A stretch of DNA of 64,000 bases from Octopus sinensis (lineage: Eukaryota), in assembly GCF_006345805.1 (NCBI RefSeq), contig NC_043005.1, forward strand, positions 76,942,001-77,006,000, in the 5' to 3' direction. How positions within the stretch are numbered: the first letter of the stretch is position 1; each line of letters begins with the position of its first letter. The notes under the pieces were generated by a model. That model did no database searches. It saw only the letters and a list, made by a program, of their open reading frames with translations, and was not told where the DNA came from. The position numbers were made by a program, and so were the translations under genes. Of the stretch, positions 22,748 through 36,739 are shown piece by piece.

Positions 22748-23244
22748 AGAAAGAGAGAGAGAGAGAAAGAAGTGTGTCTTGATATTCTGTTATTTATATA
22801 TTTCCCACACATATAGCTGTATATATTCCTATGCCAGATATATCCGCTCGTCTTCCCTTTGAATATTTCCTATGTAATCAACATTTTCATACATATTCGC
22901 AATCAGCAAGGGTTTCTAAAATAATATTCCTTTCATAGTAGAATATTAATATTTTCACACCTTTCCGTATAATTAACATAAGCGTCTCATTGCTGAGTTA
23001 ATTTTGTTTACAACTGATATATTTATTCTTAAAATATACAAAAACGAAAGGAAAAGAACATAGATCTTTCAAAGCATCTGAAAATGTAATTTAAGATCAC
23101 ATGTATATATGTATAAGGTCACATTTCTACGATCATAACCAAAACCACGTGTCATGTCCTCCTAGGTATCCAATTCTATGGATGAAACAAGTGGGCAGTT
23201 ATTAAGACATAGGGTTAATTCATTCATGAGATTCATTGCGGGCT

Positions 23245-23615
23245 AAGGCCACAAGCTGGCAGAATCGTTAGCACGTCGGGCAGAATACTTACCAAGATTT
23301 CGTCCGTCTTTACGTTCTGGGTTCAAATATCGCCGAGGTCAACTTCACCTTTTGTCCCTCCGGTGTCGATAGAACAAGTACTTGTTGACCACTGCGGTCG
23401 ATGTAATCAACTTAATCCTTCGCCGTTATTGCTGATCTCTTGCTGAAGTTTGAAACTGACTGATATTAATTGTGGGTTAAGGCGGCGAGCTGGAAGAATT
23501 GTTACCGCGCCGGACAAAACACTTTGCAACATTCATAACGACGGTCTAATTTCAAATGCCGGCGGGATCGGTTTTGCCTTTTATCCTTTAGGAAACGATA
23601 AAAATAAGTATCCGT
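23245..23615 (+). mobile_element. Two tandem degenerate copies of the main SINE
   Basis: Heads aaggccacaagctggcagaatcgttagc (23245) and aaggcggcgagctggaagaattg (23478). Confidence 0.75.
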
Positions 23616-23714
23616 TGGTATTCTCCGGCCCACGAGGTTTACAAAAAAAGAAAAATACTAAAAAAAAAAAAGGAGCCGAAATTGGGTTATTTCCAGTGGC
23701 CTTTGGTTATTAAA

Positions 23715-23930
23715 GATTGCTGTAAGTTTAGTTGCTTCCCAAACTCTTGGTGCCGGCGTGGCATCTTGGTCAAGTATCATCTACTGTATCTTCAAGTCGA
23801 CCAAATATTCGTGGCTGAATTGGGTAGACAGAAACTGTAAGAAGCCTGTTAAATGTGTCTCTGTGTCATTGTTTGTCTCCTACAACTGCTTGATAACCGG
23901 TGTCGGTATGTTTACGTTCCATCCCGTTTT
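23715..23930 (+). mobile_element. Degenerate CORE-like SINE (same family as 31166-31315)
   Basis: catcttggtcaagtatcatctact...gaccaaa...gggtagacagaaactgtaagaagcc aligns to 31215-31305. Confidence 0.6.
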
Positions 23931-24284
23931 TTTTTATTCCACTTATAAAATTTGTATGAATACTTAATACGTTATGTAATCATTATTTTGACTGTCGACT
24001 TTGTATTTATGCATTTTCAACGGTTATTAAATAATTATTATATATTTATTTTTACACTGGCACAAGTGGATAAAGTACTAGGGATTCCAATGCTTGATTT
24101 CATAAGTATATTATGGGAAATGATTTTGAAATGAGATTCGGTAAAATTATAATGAAAAAATATATGTATTCCTACTTGAATGAGATACAGGAAATAAAGA
24201 AATAAAAAATCCAGGCGCTTGCTTTTCATACGTATGTTGTTCTTATATATGAATGCACATAAAAATACACACGCCCATTCATAA

Positions 24285-24389
<105 letters not shown>

Positions 24390-25225
24390 CTCCCTCTCTC
24401 TCTCTATATATATATGTCCACATTGTGGTCATCCCTCTTCTATGTATGTAATATAATTTTCTGAACCTTCAGATTATAATATGGTAGACCATTGGTTTTA
24501 AATTGATATTAATCAAATTAATATTCAATTTTTCACCCTCATTTTAAATACATTTATATATATATATATATATATAAATGTCAAAAGTTGAGTGCTCAAC
24601 ACCGCATTGGTGGATATCATTTCTGTATTTGCGAATTAAGGCTATCATTGGTTTCATATTATGAAAAGTAGTAAAATATCGTAGTGTCTGAACAAATTTT
24701 GAAACCGATCACATAGAGAAAGGCGTTCGTCCCCAAAAGAAAACGACGCATATATATATATATATATATATATATAAACACACATAGAAACATATATATA
24801 TATATATAAAGATACACACACACAAACACATACACACACGCACACTCGCACAATGTATTATCTTCGTTGAATTTGGTTCCCTCGAATTGGATTCCTTTCA
24901 AATTTCATACATAACAGACAGAAAGAGATTTATACTCTTTTATTTATTATTTGGCACTACAATATCGATTCAGCGACCACGTTGTTGAAACAATCGAAAT
25001 GACACGTTTTCAGAAAGCGTATGTGTGCATGTATATGTGTGTATATGTGTGCATATGTATGCATGTATATGTGTGTATATGTGTGCATATGTATATAGTT
25101 AAAAGATATAGATGTGCAAATGTTTATATACATATATCTATCTATTTTTATATATATTTACACACACATGCATACACAAACACATAAATACATACGGGAA
25201 AATATCCCATTATATATATATTCAT

Positions 25226-25267
<42 letters not shown>

Positions 25268-25587
25268 TACAGAGATAGATAGATAGAGACAGAGAGAGAG
25301 AAAACGTGAAAGAGAGAGAATGATAGCAGAGCAAAGCTGGTTTCAAAGAATTTATACGGACTAATAGATAACAAGAAAAATTGAAGACATAATAAAAAGG
25401 AACCATTTGCAAGGATAAAACTTTAAACTGACTGATCGGAAATAAAAACGGAAATGATTAAACTTCTTACAGAAATATGAATAAAAATTGGCATGCTGTA
25501 GTCTTTTGCTTGGAAGTTTTTTCGAGATATTCAAAAATATTCAGCTTTATTTCCTTTGCAAAATGTCAAAAGTCACATTACAATGAT

Positions 25588-25717
<130 letters not shown>

Positions 25718-26399
25718 TTTTTCTCATTTTCTTATTTTTATTATTTTAGAAACGATACAATCCTTGCTTTGTACTGTTTCTCTTTAACCCAAGAAAATAT
25801 TTTAGGAAGTACACGAAACTAATAAATTATTTATTAAGAAATCTAACATGTTTTTTTTTAATAAATTGAGAGTTTATGATAAAAATGTGATCTTTGTACT
25901 TAAAAACTAAGAAACATTGAAGAATTCTTCATCCGTTAGTTCCAACAGAAGTCTAAATTAGAAGTGATTTGGAGAAATTCCAAAAAGTTAAAAGCAAAAA
26001 AAAAAAATGGAGGTAAATTTTATAAAGAAAACGTGATGCTACGAGTCTGCAGGAGGACGTGTATGTCGTCAGTCTGATTTGCTAGAAATAGTAGCCACAC
26101 TGACACACATATGCAATATTCCTTGCTGATTTGAAAGGACAGATTCAATGATATATTGTTTCAAACATTATGTCGCAAAAAGGTGTACAGCTTAGTTTGA
26201 ACGGCTTTGATTATGGCACCATAAATTCACGGTCCTGAAGATGGGGTAAACCGAAAAGAGAGCAGCTATAACCGACTAATTCAAAGTAGTGCCGCTGCTA
26301 CTGCTACTACCACTTCTAATAATCCCTTCTACTATAAGCACAAGGTCTGAAACTTTGGGGTGGGGCTAGTCGACCCCAGAGCAAAAGTGGTTCCTATTA

Positions 26400-26441
<42 letters not shown>

Positions 26442-26455
26442 TATTATTATTATTG

Positions 26456-27490
26456 AAAGTGTTAACAGACATCCTCACAGGGAAAATATATACGTTCCTT
26501 GTGGAAAGCAATGTACTTCCAGTAGAATAAGGGAGATGACGACAAGGATCCAAGGGTACCAAGGACCACCTTGTGATAGACAAGGTTATAATGAAGAATT
26601 GCAAACGGTACCAAAATGTGTTATGCATGGCTTGGATAGACTTTAAAACATCTTACGTCATGTTAGCGCATTCGTGGATTTTGGAAACACTTGACATATG
26701 GGGAATAACTGAGACGTAAGTGTACTGATTAAGAATAGTATGCCAAGTTGGAAAACACGTCTTTACTGTAACAACCAGTACTTAGCCGAAGTAACAATCA
26801 AAAGAGATGTCTTCTAGGGAGACTCTTGTTCACTTTTGCTATTTGTTACAGCCTTGATCCTACTTTCTGCAGTCTAACGCAAAGTCAACGAGCACTGTGA
26901 GCTGATAAAGGATGGAGCTCGTTTCAACCACTTTCTCTTCATGGATGATTTAAAATTTTTCGCAAAAACAGAGCCTGAAATAGAGAGACTGGTTGAGACT
27001 ATGCAGATGTGCATCAAAGATATAGGGATGCAATTTGGTATCTCGAAGTTTGCGGTGCTTACTTTGAAGCGGGGGAAAGAGTAAATTGTAGGGGCATAGA
27101 ATTGCCAAAGGAAGAGAGAATGGAAGACCTGGTCGATGATGGGTACAAGTACCTTGGGATCTTGTAGCTGGATAAAGCTTTCACAGAAAAATGAAAGACA
27201 AGTTCATCACTGCATATTTGAAGCGGCTCAAAATTTTCTTGAAACCAAAACTCAACTCAAGTAACCGTGTGACTGCCAACAACATATGGGCAGTGCACCC
27301 ATCCTGAAATGGACACAAGCGAAGATTAACCAACTCGATCGCACTACCTGAAAGAAAATGACAATACATGGTGCGCTCCACCCTAAGGCGAACTTACACA
27401 GGCTCTAAATGAAGAGGTGTAAAGGTGGACGTGGGCGGATTGGCATACGGGAGTGCATGAACAGTGAGAGAAGAAACATGGCAGAATATT
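26456..27490 (+). mobile_element. R4/Dong-like RT fragment, diverged subfamily, decayed
   Basis: GSKGTKDHLVIDK, CMAWIDFK, HSWI, HFLFMDDLKFF, GMQFGISK, YKYLGI, HGALHPKA motifs with stops and frameshifts; preceded by (ATT)n. Confidence 0.8.
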
Positions 27491-27661
27491 TGCTGAAATT
27501 TATTAATAACAATTCTTTTGGCTAATTTTGAAAGAAAATCGCATTATTTCTACTTACTGCCGATAAAAAACTGCGCTTGCGCGGTGGATTTGAAAAAGTA
27601 TAACATGTAAGCACGAAGCATGTTCTGTATTGCCTCAGACTTATATGTTAATATTTGGCTT

Positions 27662-27732
27662 TCCTGCTGATGAGAGGTTCGCGTAGCAAATTACTTTATT
27701 TGCTGAAGATAGCTCGAAACCATGGTCAAGGA
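27662..27732 (+). ncRNA. Hammerhead ribozyme with extended stem II
   Basis: TCCTG-CTGATGA-GAG...CTC-GAAA-CCATGG-TC-AAGGA; palindromic ACCATGGT stem III; stem II extends via TTC/GAA and AGCAAAT/ATTTGCT; stem I has a G.A first pair then 4 bp; GUC cleavage after 27727. Confidence 0.7.
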
Positions 27733-28258
27733 TATAGATGGTAAATGTTTATATTTTTCATTCCCTTTCGAAATTACCCCCAATTGTGGTTTTGGATTTT
27801 AACTACTCCTTCTAGCGGTTAAGATGTCCGATTATGGCCTTCCCTTATGTGTTTAAATGTACACTGCATATATACTGAATAATATATAGTATATTGACTA
27901 GTTTTTCTACACGCTAGGCCACGTTGTTAAAAAATTTCTAAATAATATTTTACTACCCGGAAATTTATATATATATATATATATATTCTTTATATTGTAT
28001 ATCTCGTTTTTCTGTTTGTTTTTTCGTTGTTCGAAAATTAGATAGTTTCTATGTTTTTATTTTAATGTTTTCGTTTCCCATTGTGTTCAACGTTTTTTTG
28101 ATGTCCTGTACCCATATATGCATGTATATATGCATATATATGTACTTATGTACATATATGTGAGTATATATGGCTATATTTATAAATTATTTATATTATT
28201 ATTTGATCGAACGCCACGCATCCTTTTCCAGGTATGGTTTATCTCTCCCTGTCTCTCA

Positions 28259-28298
<40 letters not shown>

Positions 28299-28568
28299 AC
28301 AGAGAGACAGAGATACACAGACAGAAGATGACAGTTACACGCTTCTTTTTTTTTTGGTAGCCGGTATCATTTCTTATCTCTTTTTCTCCGTTCTTTTTCC
28401 TCTTCCTTAGACTTCTGTCTGTATATCCAACGAAAGACCATGTCCTAGACGTTATGCTTTTACTCTCTAAGTGTTTTTCCTCTTTGAGCGGCCACCTAAT
28501 AACATGAACCGTGTAGTTCCTTTGAACTTTTTGGGTTTCTATATTTGACTAATTTTTTCTGTTGATTG

Positions 28569-28622
<54 letters not shown>

Positions 28623-28948
28623 TATATATATATCCTATAAATTTTAAATAGATTATCAACTCAGAGTGAGACTGATTAAGCATTAAGATATAAATGGACT
28701 CAAAGAAACTTAAATCGTTTGTACAAAATTATAAATCGTGCGACTTAACGCTATCTTAAAAGTGAAGTGTAAACGAATTGAAGTGTGAAGCCGATAATTT
28801 CTTAGGATAAACGGAACAGCAACAGCAATAAAAGAATAAAAGAATAAAAATCTACTGGTGAAGATATATCAGAAGGCGCTATTACCAATGTCTGCATATA
28901 TATATATACATATATATACATATATATACATACATATATATATGTATG

Positions 28949-29369
<421 letters not shown>

Positions 29370-29599
29370 CTGAGATCTTTGTTTTGAATCGGCAGAAGCT
29401 ACAAAGGAATTGAAAACCTCTGATTCTACTGGCTGATAATCATAAGCGCTATGCATGAAGCTCTCGGCTCCTGAGACAATTTGTAACATCTGAAGATTAA
29501 AAATAAACAATACATATATATATATATATACTCGTGTTTTGATTTCGATTTGACCTGATTGTACAAATAACATAGTAAATAATACTACAGCCATTGTGA

Positions 29600-29860
29600 G
29601 ACTAAATCACAATATTACATTATTCAACCCTATACATTGTATTATTTGCAAACTTTGTGGTGTTTTTTACATTTGGGAAACAGACCGACATCTCACCAAT
29701 AACTTTCAGGAGCCCATTCAAAGCATACTGCCATGTATACCAGGCCAACCTGCTTTTACCTACTTCAGTAACTCAATGATCAGTGATGGCCATATTATCA
29801 CTCACTTATCACTTCTCACCATGGATCCACATACTCAAGGAAACACCAGGTTTATGTAAA
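29600..29860 (+). mobile_element. Decayed Penelope-like GIY-YIG endonuclease fragment
   Basis: IHCIICKLCGVFYIWETDRHLTNNFQE resembles the PLE motif Y.I.C..C...YIGETGR.L..RF.EH. Confidence 0.6.
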
Positions 29861-30295
29861 CGTTTGTTTTTTTCCTTCTACCCCTTCACCTCTTTTTGTT
29901 TGGTACTTATTTCTTATTCTTCTTGTCCCCTGTCACCTTATCTTTTCTATTCACCTTACTATCGCCTTCGCTCACTCCTCCATCTCATTGCATTCCTCTT
30001 CTGATCTATTTCTCTCACTCAGCTTCTCTCTCTTACTACTTCTTGTCAACCTATGGAGCTTCAGTAGTCCAACGTTTCTTAATAGTTGCAGCAAGTTATT
30101 TTTCCGAGGAGGCAAAACTTTTCTGTGATACTTTCATTTCTTACCGATCAACTCTTTCTTGAAGAAGTGAAGAAGTACTCATATATTTCTATCCAATGAA
30201 CTAAGAAATGTCTATTCTCTCTATAATTTGTAGAGTTAGAAAGAGAATAAAAACTTTATAACTTGTAGAGTATATTCTCTTTATAACTTTATAGT

Positions 30296-31314
30296 CGTGG
30301 GAGTGGATGTGTGGTAAGTAGCTTGCTTACGAAGGCGGGCAACAATAGTTGCCTGCCGAAGGACCCTAAGGCTTCGGGAGGTGAGGGAGAGACTCTGAAC
30401 AAAGCGGAAGAGCCCCGCTCTCCCGAAGTCAGGAAGAAATGAAAAAAAAAGAAAGCAGAACGGGTCATCGCAGTGGGGATATCATGTGCTGCCTGCATGT
30501 CCCGAAGTTGTGCGACCCACGGTGGAAGAAACAACCCCCACCCTTAAAGAGGATGAATTAATTATCTTTTTCTACAAGGGCGGGGAGGTGCAAAAATAGT
30601 AGAACATAACGAGACAGTAGATATGCTCTTCACACGGGATTCCGAATGGCCTCTGCAGATAGCTGTGGAGGTCATAAGGTTTACCTTGTGGAAAAGGCAT
30701 AAACAATTTGTGAAGAAGTGTTTTATATGGCAGGGTGGCTCTTGCACTGGAATGATTTACATGTCCTACATGAGTGAGATATGGAAAATGGCGGGATACA
30801 GAAATTCAAGCGGCATTGAAGATAATGGGAAGATAATATATCAATGAGTAGGAGGTGAAAAAGTCTCGTTATAGGGTTTGAAACCTCATCTTATTGTATT
30901 ATTTGTAGTGGTTTATAACCTCAACTGTGTGTTTAAAAAAACATGTTAAGTAAGAGGTTTTATAGCCTCCTTCTTGTAAGAGGTTTGAAATCTCATATTG
31001 ATTTTTAAAAAAAGAAAATATGTTTTCGAGAAAAATCCAATCGACGGGTGTTGGGTTTCGTCTCTCATTTATTCATTTTATTTCATTTTCATTCATTAAT
31101 GTGTTTGTCCAGCCCGCAAAGCTACACACTATTTGTACTGTCTATATGAAAAATTTTATGAAATAAAGTAGCTTGATTACGAACCACATGTTTTCAGGTT
31201 CAGTCCAACTGCGTTGCACCTTGGGCAAGTGTTTTCTACTATAGCCTCGGGCCGACCAAAGCCTTGTGAGTGGATTTGGTAGACGGAAACTGAAAGAAGC
31301 CCGTCGTATATATG

Positions 31315-31315
<1 letters not shown>
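30296..31315 (+). mobile_element. CORE-like SINE split by an 832-bp L1-type insertion (30334-31165) with an 18-bp TSD
   Basis: aagtagcttgcttacgaa (30316-30333) is repeated as aagtagcttgattacgaa (31166-31183); the SINE resumes with ccacatg...caccttgggcaagtg (CORE-like). Confidence 0.8.
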
Positions 31316-31397
<82 letters not shown>

Positions 31398-32352
31398 ACT
31401 GTAATAAATGTAACACAATTTCAGCGGTTGGAATTATTTGAACTCAAAATGTAAAGGAATCAAGAAGATATATTCTGAAGTGTTTCGTCTGGAGTTCTGC
31501 AGTGTTGTGTGCCAACATTGCAGCGACCAATAGCAATTATGGTATCGATTATTTTTAGCTTGCTAAACAGTCTTTACATCAGCTTTACCTTTCATCTGTA
31601 CGACTTCGATAAAACAGCAAGTAGAAATAATATAATATAATTTGGTCGATTCAAAAATCGCACTACACACACACACACACACACACAGACCCAAACGCAC
31701 ACACAAACACACACACACTACACACATACGCATACATATACAAATGCACACACACTCATACATCATCTACAAAATTTCCTTTTTTTTGTTAGTCAAAAGA
31801 ATATTGGTAATGGATTGCTCTCAATTCTTTGAACATATGAACTGTAATGTGGACAAGCCTGGTAAAAGTGAAATATTTTGACTATAAGCACACTAACCAA
31901 CACACACACAAACCTATATACATATACATACACACACACATATATATATATATATGTAGTATATATATATGTATATATATATATATATATATATGTAGTA
32001 GAAATGTGTACAAGTAAATGAATGACTGCTACTTCTATGTATAGAATTCCACGCAGATTTTCATAATCCTGTCAGCTTTCTTTAAGGTTGTTAATTAAAT
32101 GCTACATATATTTAGTAGTATTACCACTAATGAGCTACAAGGCAAATGTAGGAGAAATAAGGATAAAAACACGTGCTCTTATTATAGTTCCTATACACAT
32201 ACATATACATACATACAAACATACAACGTTATATATATGTGTGTGTGGGGGCAGGTGTTTATGCCTACACGTGCGTCTATATGTGTGTGTATGTGTATAT
32301 GTATGTGTATTCGTAAGGAAATCGGGTTAAGTGTAAATACTGATGGATGGGT

Positions 32353-32939
32353 AAGGCGGCGAGCTGGCAGATCGTTAGCGCGCCGGGCGAAATGCTTAGC
32401 GATATTTCGTCTGCTGTTACGGTCTGAGTTCAAATTCCGCCGAGGTCGACTTTGCCTTTCATCCTTTCGGGGTCGATTAAATAAGTACCAATTACGCACT
32501 GGGGTCGATGTAATCGACTTAATCCATTTGTCAGTCCTTGTTTGTCCTCTCTGTGTTTAGTCCCTTGTGGTTAGTAAAGAAATAGGTGTTTCGTCTGTCT
32601 TTGCGTTCTGAGTTCAAATTCCGCCGAGGTCGACTTTGCCTTTCATCCTTTCTGGGTCGATTAAATAAGTACCAATTACGCACTGGAGTCGATGTAATCG
32701 ACTTAATACATATGCCTGTCCTTGTTTGTCCTCTCTGTGTTTAGCCCCTTGTGGTTAGTAAAGAAATAGGTGTTTCGTCTGTCTTTGCGTTCTGAGTTCA
32801 AATTCCGTCGACGTCCACTTTGACTTTCATCCTTTCTACATCGATTAAATTAAGTACCAGTTGCGTACTGGGGTCGATCTAATCGACTGCCCCCCTGCCC
32901 CAAAATTTCGGGCCTTGTGCCTAGAGTAGAAAATAATAT
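32353..32939 (+). mobile_element. Trimeric SINE (one head, three bodies, about 183-bp period) with a 12-bp TSD
   Basis: ctgagttcaaattccg at about 32425, 32609, 32791; flanked by tgatggatgggt (32341-32352) and tgatggatgagt (32940-32951). Confidence 0.88.
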
Positions 32940-34046
32940 TGATGGATGAGTACACGTACCTGAGCCGAATAGCATGAACATACGTACCCTGTATAGGGCC
33001 GGGTCTATATATATATATATCATCGCACGTTCGCATGTACATGCAGGGTCCATGTATTTGTACGTGCGTATATATGCATACATATGTACAAGTATATGTG
33101 AGTGTATGAACATATACATATATGGGTTTGTGTGCCTCTGTGTGTGTTTATGTGTGCACGTGTGAATGCAAATGTGTGTGTGTATCCGTATGTGTATGCG
33201 TGTGCATACGCATGGGTGAACTTGTGTGCATGTGTGTATATGTGTGTGTGTGTGTGTTGGTCAGTGTGCGTGTAAATATAGAAAGATGCGTATTTGTACA
33301 GGACCCGGATGGTGCGAGTGCTTATATGGGAGAGCGTATCCGTGTGCACGTGAGTCAATGTGTGTACAGGCAGATGTCTATCGATATTTATGTATGTGCA
33401 TGTGTGTGTTCGTGTGTGTAGATAGGCGCATGTGTGCGTGAATGTATACAGGCCTGTGCGCATTCGTATGCATATGTATGTATGTGACTGTCTGTGTGTA
33501 TGAGTCGGTGTAGGCAACCACAAAATCTGAAGATTGTAATAACATCTCCACTTAAATTCCTCACCATCTCGTTGCGCTTGACTGCTCAAACCAGCCATCA
33601 AACACTTAGGTACGCTAAAGCCGTTCAATCTAAAGTCATAAACACCTTCCATAAACCCCTCCTCCATTTACACTAGATTCTTTATAATTTTTGGTTTTCT
33701 TACTTTTTAGCAACGACTTCTTGACCACACTATAAATAACTCATTCCTACTTATATTAGATATTTGCGTTTTTATTCTTATATTTTCTTCCTGACCAAAT
33801 CTTCTTCACTTGACCAAATGTGTCTGAACTGCTGGCATCTTACCATCAACATATCAGTTGAAGGGAAAATGGAATGTGAACCTGGTAACTTCAGAACCAT
33901 CTTATGTCACTTGATGAGCCTCTTTTGCACTGTGCATTGCATCTGCTGTCATTACATCGTCCCATGTCCACTAGGGAACAGTGCAGAATGAAACTGAAAC
34001 GATTATTGTGCTAATAAATGATTCCACCAGTTACACTCTGTGCTCC

Positions 34047-34082
<36 letters not shown>

Positions 34083-34429
34083 GTGAGTTCAATTAGAGGT
34101 TGTAATCCCAAAAGAGCAGCTATATGTATATATTATTTAGGAATGATGGCCACAAGGGTAACGTATACATTTCTCTGAATGCACAGCGTTCTTAATACTC
34201 AGTCACGAGAGGACAGGCATCTTATATATACATATATATTTATATATGTATATATATCTTTCTATCTATCTATCTATATATTTTTTTTTTTGCTTTCCTC
34301 TTTCTTTCCTTTTACGATCCCTTTTGATCGAAAACCAAAACCCCTATCTATCATTCTTTCGTTCTTTCTTTATTCCTTTGTGAATATCGCGAAGCGATGA
34401 GTACTTTTCCTAAACGGTATTTGACCTCT

Positions 34430-35615
34430 GATGACTAGGACGTTCGATTCTGGAGAGACAGATACGTCCGCAGGTGCTGTTGACTTCTAGGGTTCTGTAC
34501 GTGCTGCCGGGCGCAGCGTGCCACTTCACTCTGATGTAGATCTTTTTGGACTTCGGTGGAGCCAGTTTTATATGCGTTGCGCCAGCAAGTGCGATCTATA
34601 GCCATTGATTCGAGACTGTCGAGAGGGATATGACACTTTTTCAGCGTTGCTTTCAGGCGATCTTTAAAGCGCTGCTGGCCGCCGACCGAGTGTTTTCCAT
34701 CTTCAAGTTCACCGTACATCACAAGGCAGGGCAATTTGAAGGCATTCGAATGACATGCCCTGTCCATCTCAGTTGGCGGTTAGCGATTGTTACTTCCAAT
34801 GCCTGGCTGTTTATTCGGCCACGTATCTCAGCGTAAGGGATCCTGTTCCGCTAGTGTAAGCCAAGGAGTTGTTGAAGGCGAGAAATATGAAACCGTTCGA
34901 GCATCCTGATATGACGCCGGTAGGGCACCCACGACACGCAGTGACATAGCAGGATTGAGACACAAACAGCATTGTAGACAGTCACTCTTCTTCTAATGTT
35001 GATGTTTTTGTTGAGAAGGATACAAGTACTTATACAAACAAACGCAGCAGAGGCAAGGCGATTACAGTGCCGAATATCGTCTGTCAGGTCGAGAGTGTAG
35101 TTGAGATTTGAGGCAAGGTATGTGAATTGGTTATCATTAGCAGCAATTGTCGCATTTTCTTTGTGTCGGAGGTACAAGGCTGTTGGAGGATTTCTGTCTT
35201 CTTGGTATTGATAACAAGGCTAGCATAGCTGTATGCATCTGACACGTGGTCCAAGAGTCTTTGGAGACTGGCAGAGCTATGGCTGACAAGTGCCGTATCC
35301 TCTGCATATTGCACCTCAAAGATGTGTTGAGATGACGTCTTTGTTTTAGATTTCAGGCGCGACACATTGAAAACACTGGCATCCGACCGGTACCTGATAG
35401 TTATTACATCTTTCAGGTTGAATGAATGCCTGGCGTGGAATGCTACGAGTGCCATGTAGAAGTTGAAGAAGACCGGGGCAAGTACGCATCCTTGCTTGGC
35501 GTTGTTTGGACCGGGAAGAAGTCAGACTGTGCACCATTATAGACGACTCTGGCCATCATTCCGTTGTGGATGTTCTTCAGAAAAGGCAATGGTGTCGACG
35601 CCATTGACCGCGATT
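34430..35615 (-). mobile_element. RTE-clade LINE RT fragment, decayed
   Basis: KQGCVLAPVFF, IRYRSD..VFNVSRLK.KTKT, QYAEDTAL, INTKKTEIL, MYGEL..G....GGQ..RFKD motifs typical of RTE elements. Confidence 0.85.
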
Positions 35616-35725
35616 TGACTTGTGGGAAATCCTGACAAAATTTGGCTGCCCACTAGATTTTCTTGCCATTCTGAAGGGCTCCCACAACGGAATGCTGTCC
35701 AGAGTCGTCTATAGTGACACCCAGC

Positions 35726-35785
<60 letters not shown>

Positions 35786-35807
35786 CAACACACACACACA
35801 AGCACAC

Positions 35808-36602
35808 GCGTATATATATATATAAATGTAAAAAGTACAAACTGGGACAAGAACGTGAAACATTTAGAAGACGATACAAAAAATACGGACGGGACATTCG
35901 AAGCCTTCAATCTTCAGTCAAGAACCGGATCATCTTCGCAATTTCGGCTGATTAATCTTGAGATTGCTCTGATCTGGCCAGCCCCAAAGGAAAATCTAAG
36001 CCAAGCGCATTAGATTCCTTGGAAGAAAGCCTCGAATGTATACAAAACAAGGACGGAAACCCGGACGATGTTACACGAATAAAAATACAAAAATACGTAA
36101 AAACAATAATGATAATAATAATAACAACAAAAACAGGACGTCACAGACAAGCGTCTTTTCGACAGGACGAGTAAATTTTTGAGCTGGCGTTAGAAAAAAG
36201 CCTTAGGGCTACAGAGAGAAAAAAAAATGTGTCTTGCCGCAACGGCTGCTGACCACGAAAGGGCTAGCAATCGGTCGGCTAGTCACGTGTGAGGGAAAGA
36301 GATTGGAAAAGACGGACAGATAAAGAGAGAAAGAAGGGGAACAAGGAACAAAGGAGGAGGAGAAGAGAGAGAGAGAGAGATAGAAAGAGAGTGCAAAGTG
36401 TGAAAGGCAGAGAAATGTAGGAGAGGGGGAGAGAGACAGTGTGTTAAAGAATATATACTTACGTATAAGACCAAAAAGGGTACGTCGACGCTTATATATA
36501 TATGTAAATGTAAGAAAATACAAACTGAGACAAAAACGTGAAACATTTAGAAGATGATACAAAAACACGGACGGGACTTTCGAAGCCTTCAATCTTCAGT
36601 CA
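35808..36602 (-). repeat. Two about 110-bp direct repeats (35808-35920, 36490-36602) with a hammerhead-like core; probable Penelope LTR ends
   Basis: aaatgtaa..tacaaactg.gaca..aacgtgaaacatttagaaga.gatac...cggacgggac.ttcgaagccttcaatcttcagtca occurs twice; minus strand reads CTGAAGA-TTGAAGGCTTC-GAA(A). Confidence 0.7.
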
Positions 36603-36653
36603 TATATAAGTAAATAAATAGAGTTGAACGCAGATGTTATTCAAATTCTTTTA

Positions 36654-36739
36654 CTTTCGACATATGTTTCGAAGACAACATTGGTTTTATTCCAAAGGAA
36701 TAAACTGTGTAAAATAATGCAATCTTCTCATCAGGAAAG
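36654..36739 (-). ncRNA. Hammerhead ribozyme, long stem II family
   Basis: Minus strand: CTTTC-CTGATGA-GAAGA...TCTTC-GAAA-CATATG-TC-GAAAG; inner hairpin TTTATTCC/GGAATAAA; GUC cleavage between 36659 and 36658. Confidence 0.85.

Noticed and set aside
24686-24718. CTGAACA-aatttt-GAAACCGATC-ACAT
   Set aside because: G8 is lost, stem II is collapsed and the palindrome is broken; at most a dead relic.
26237-26265. CTGAAGA-TGGGGTAAACC-GAAA hammerhead-like motif
   Set aside because: No stem III, no NUH triplet and no stem I partner downstream.
32425-32875. Tandem 180-bp SINE units as a CRISPR array or hammerhead retrozyme
   Set aside because: The units are wholly repeated with no unique spacers, carry a Pol III B box, and contain no CTGANGA/GAAA core.
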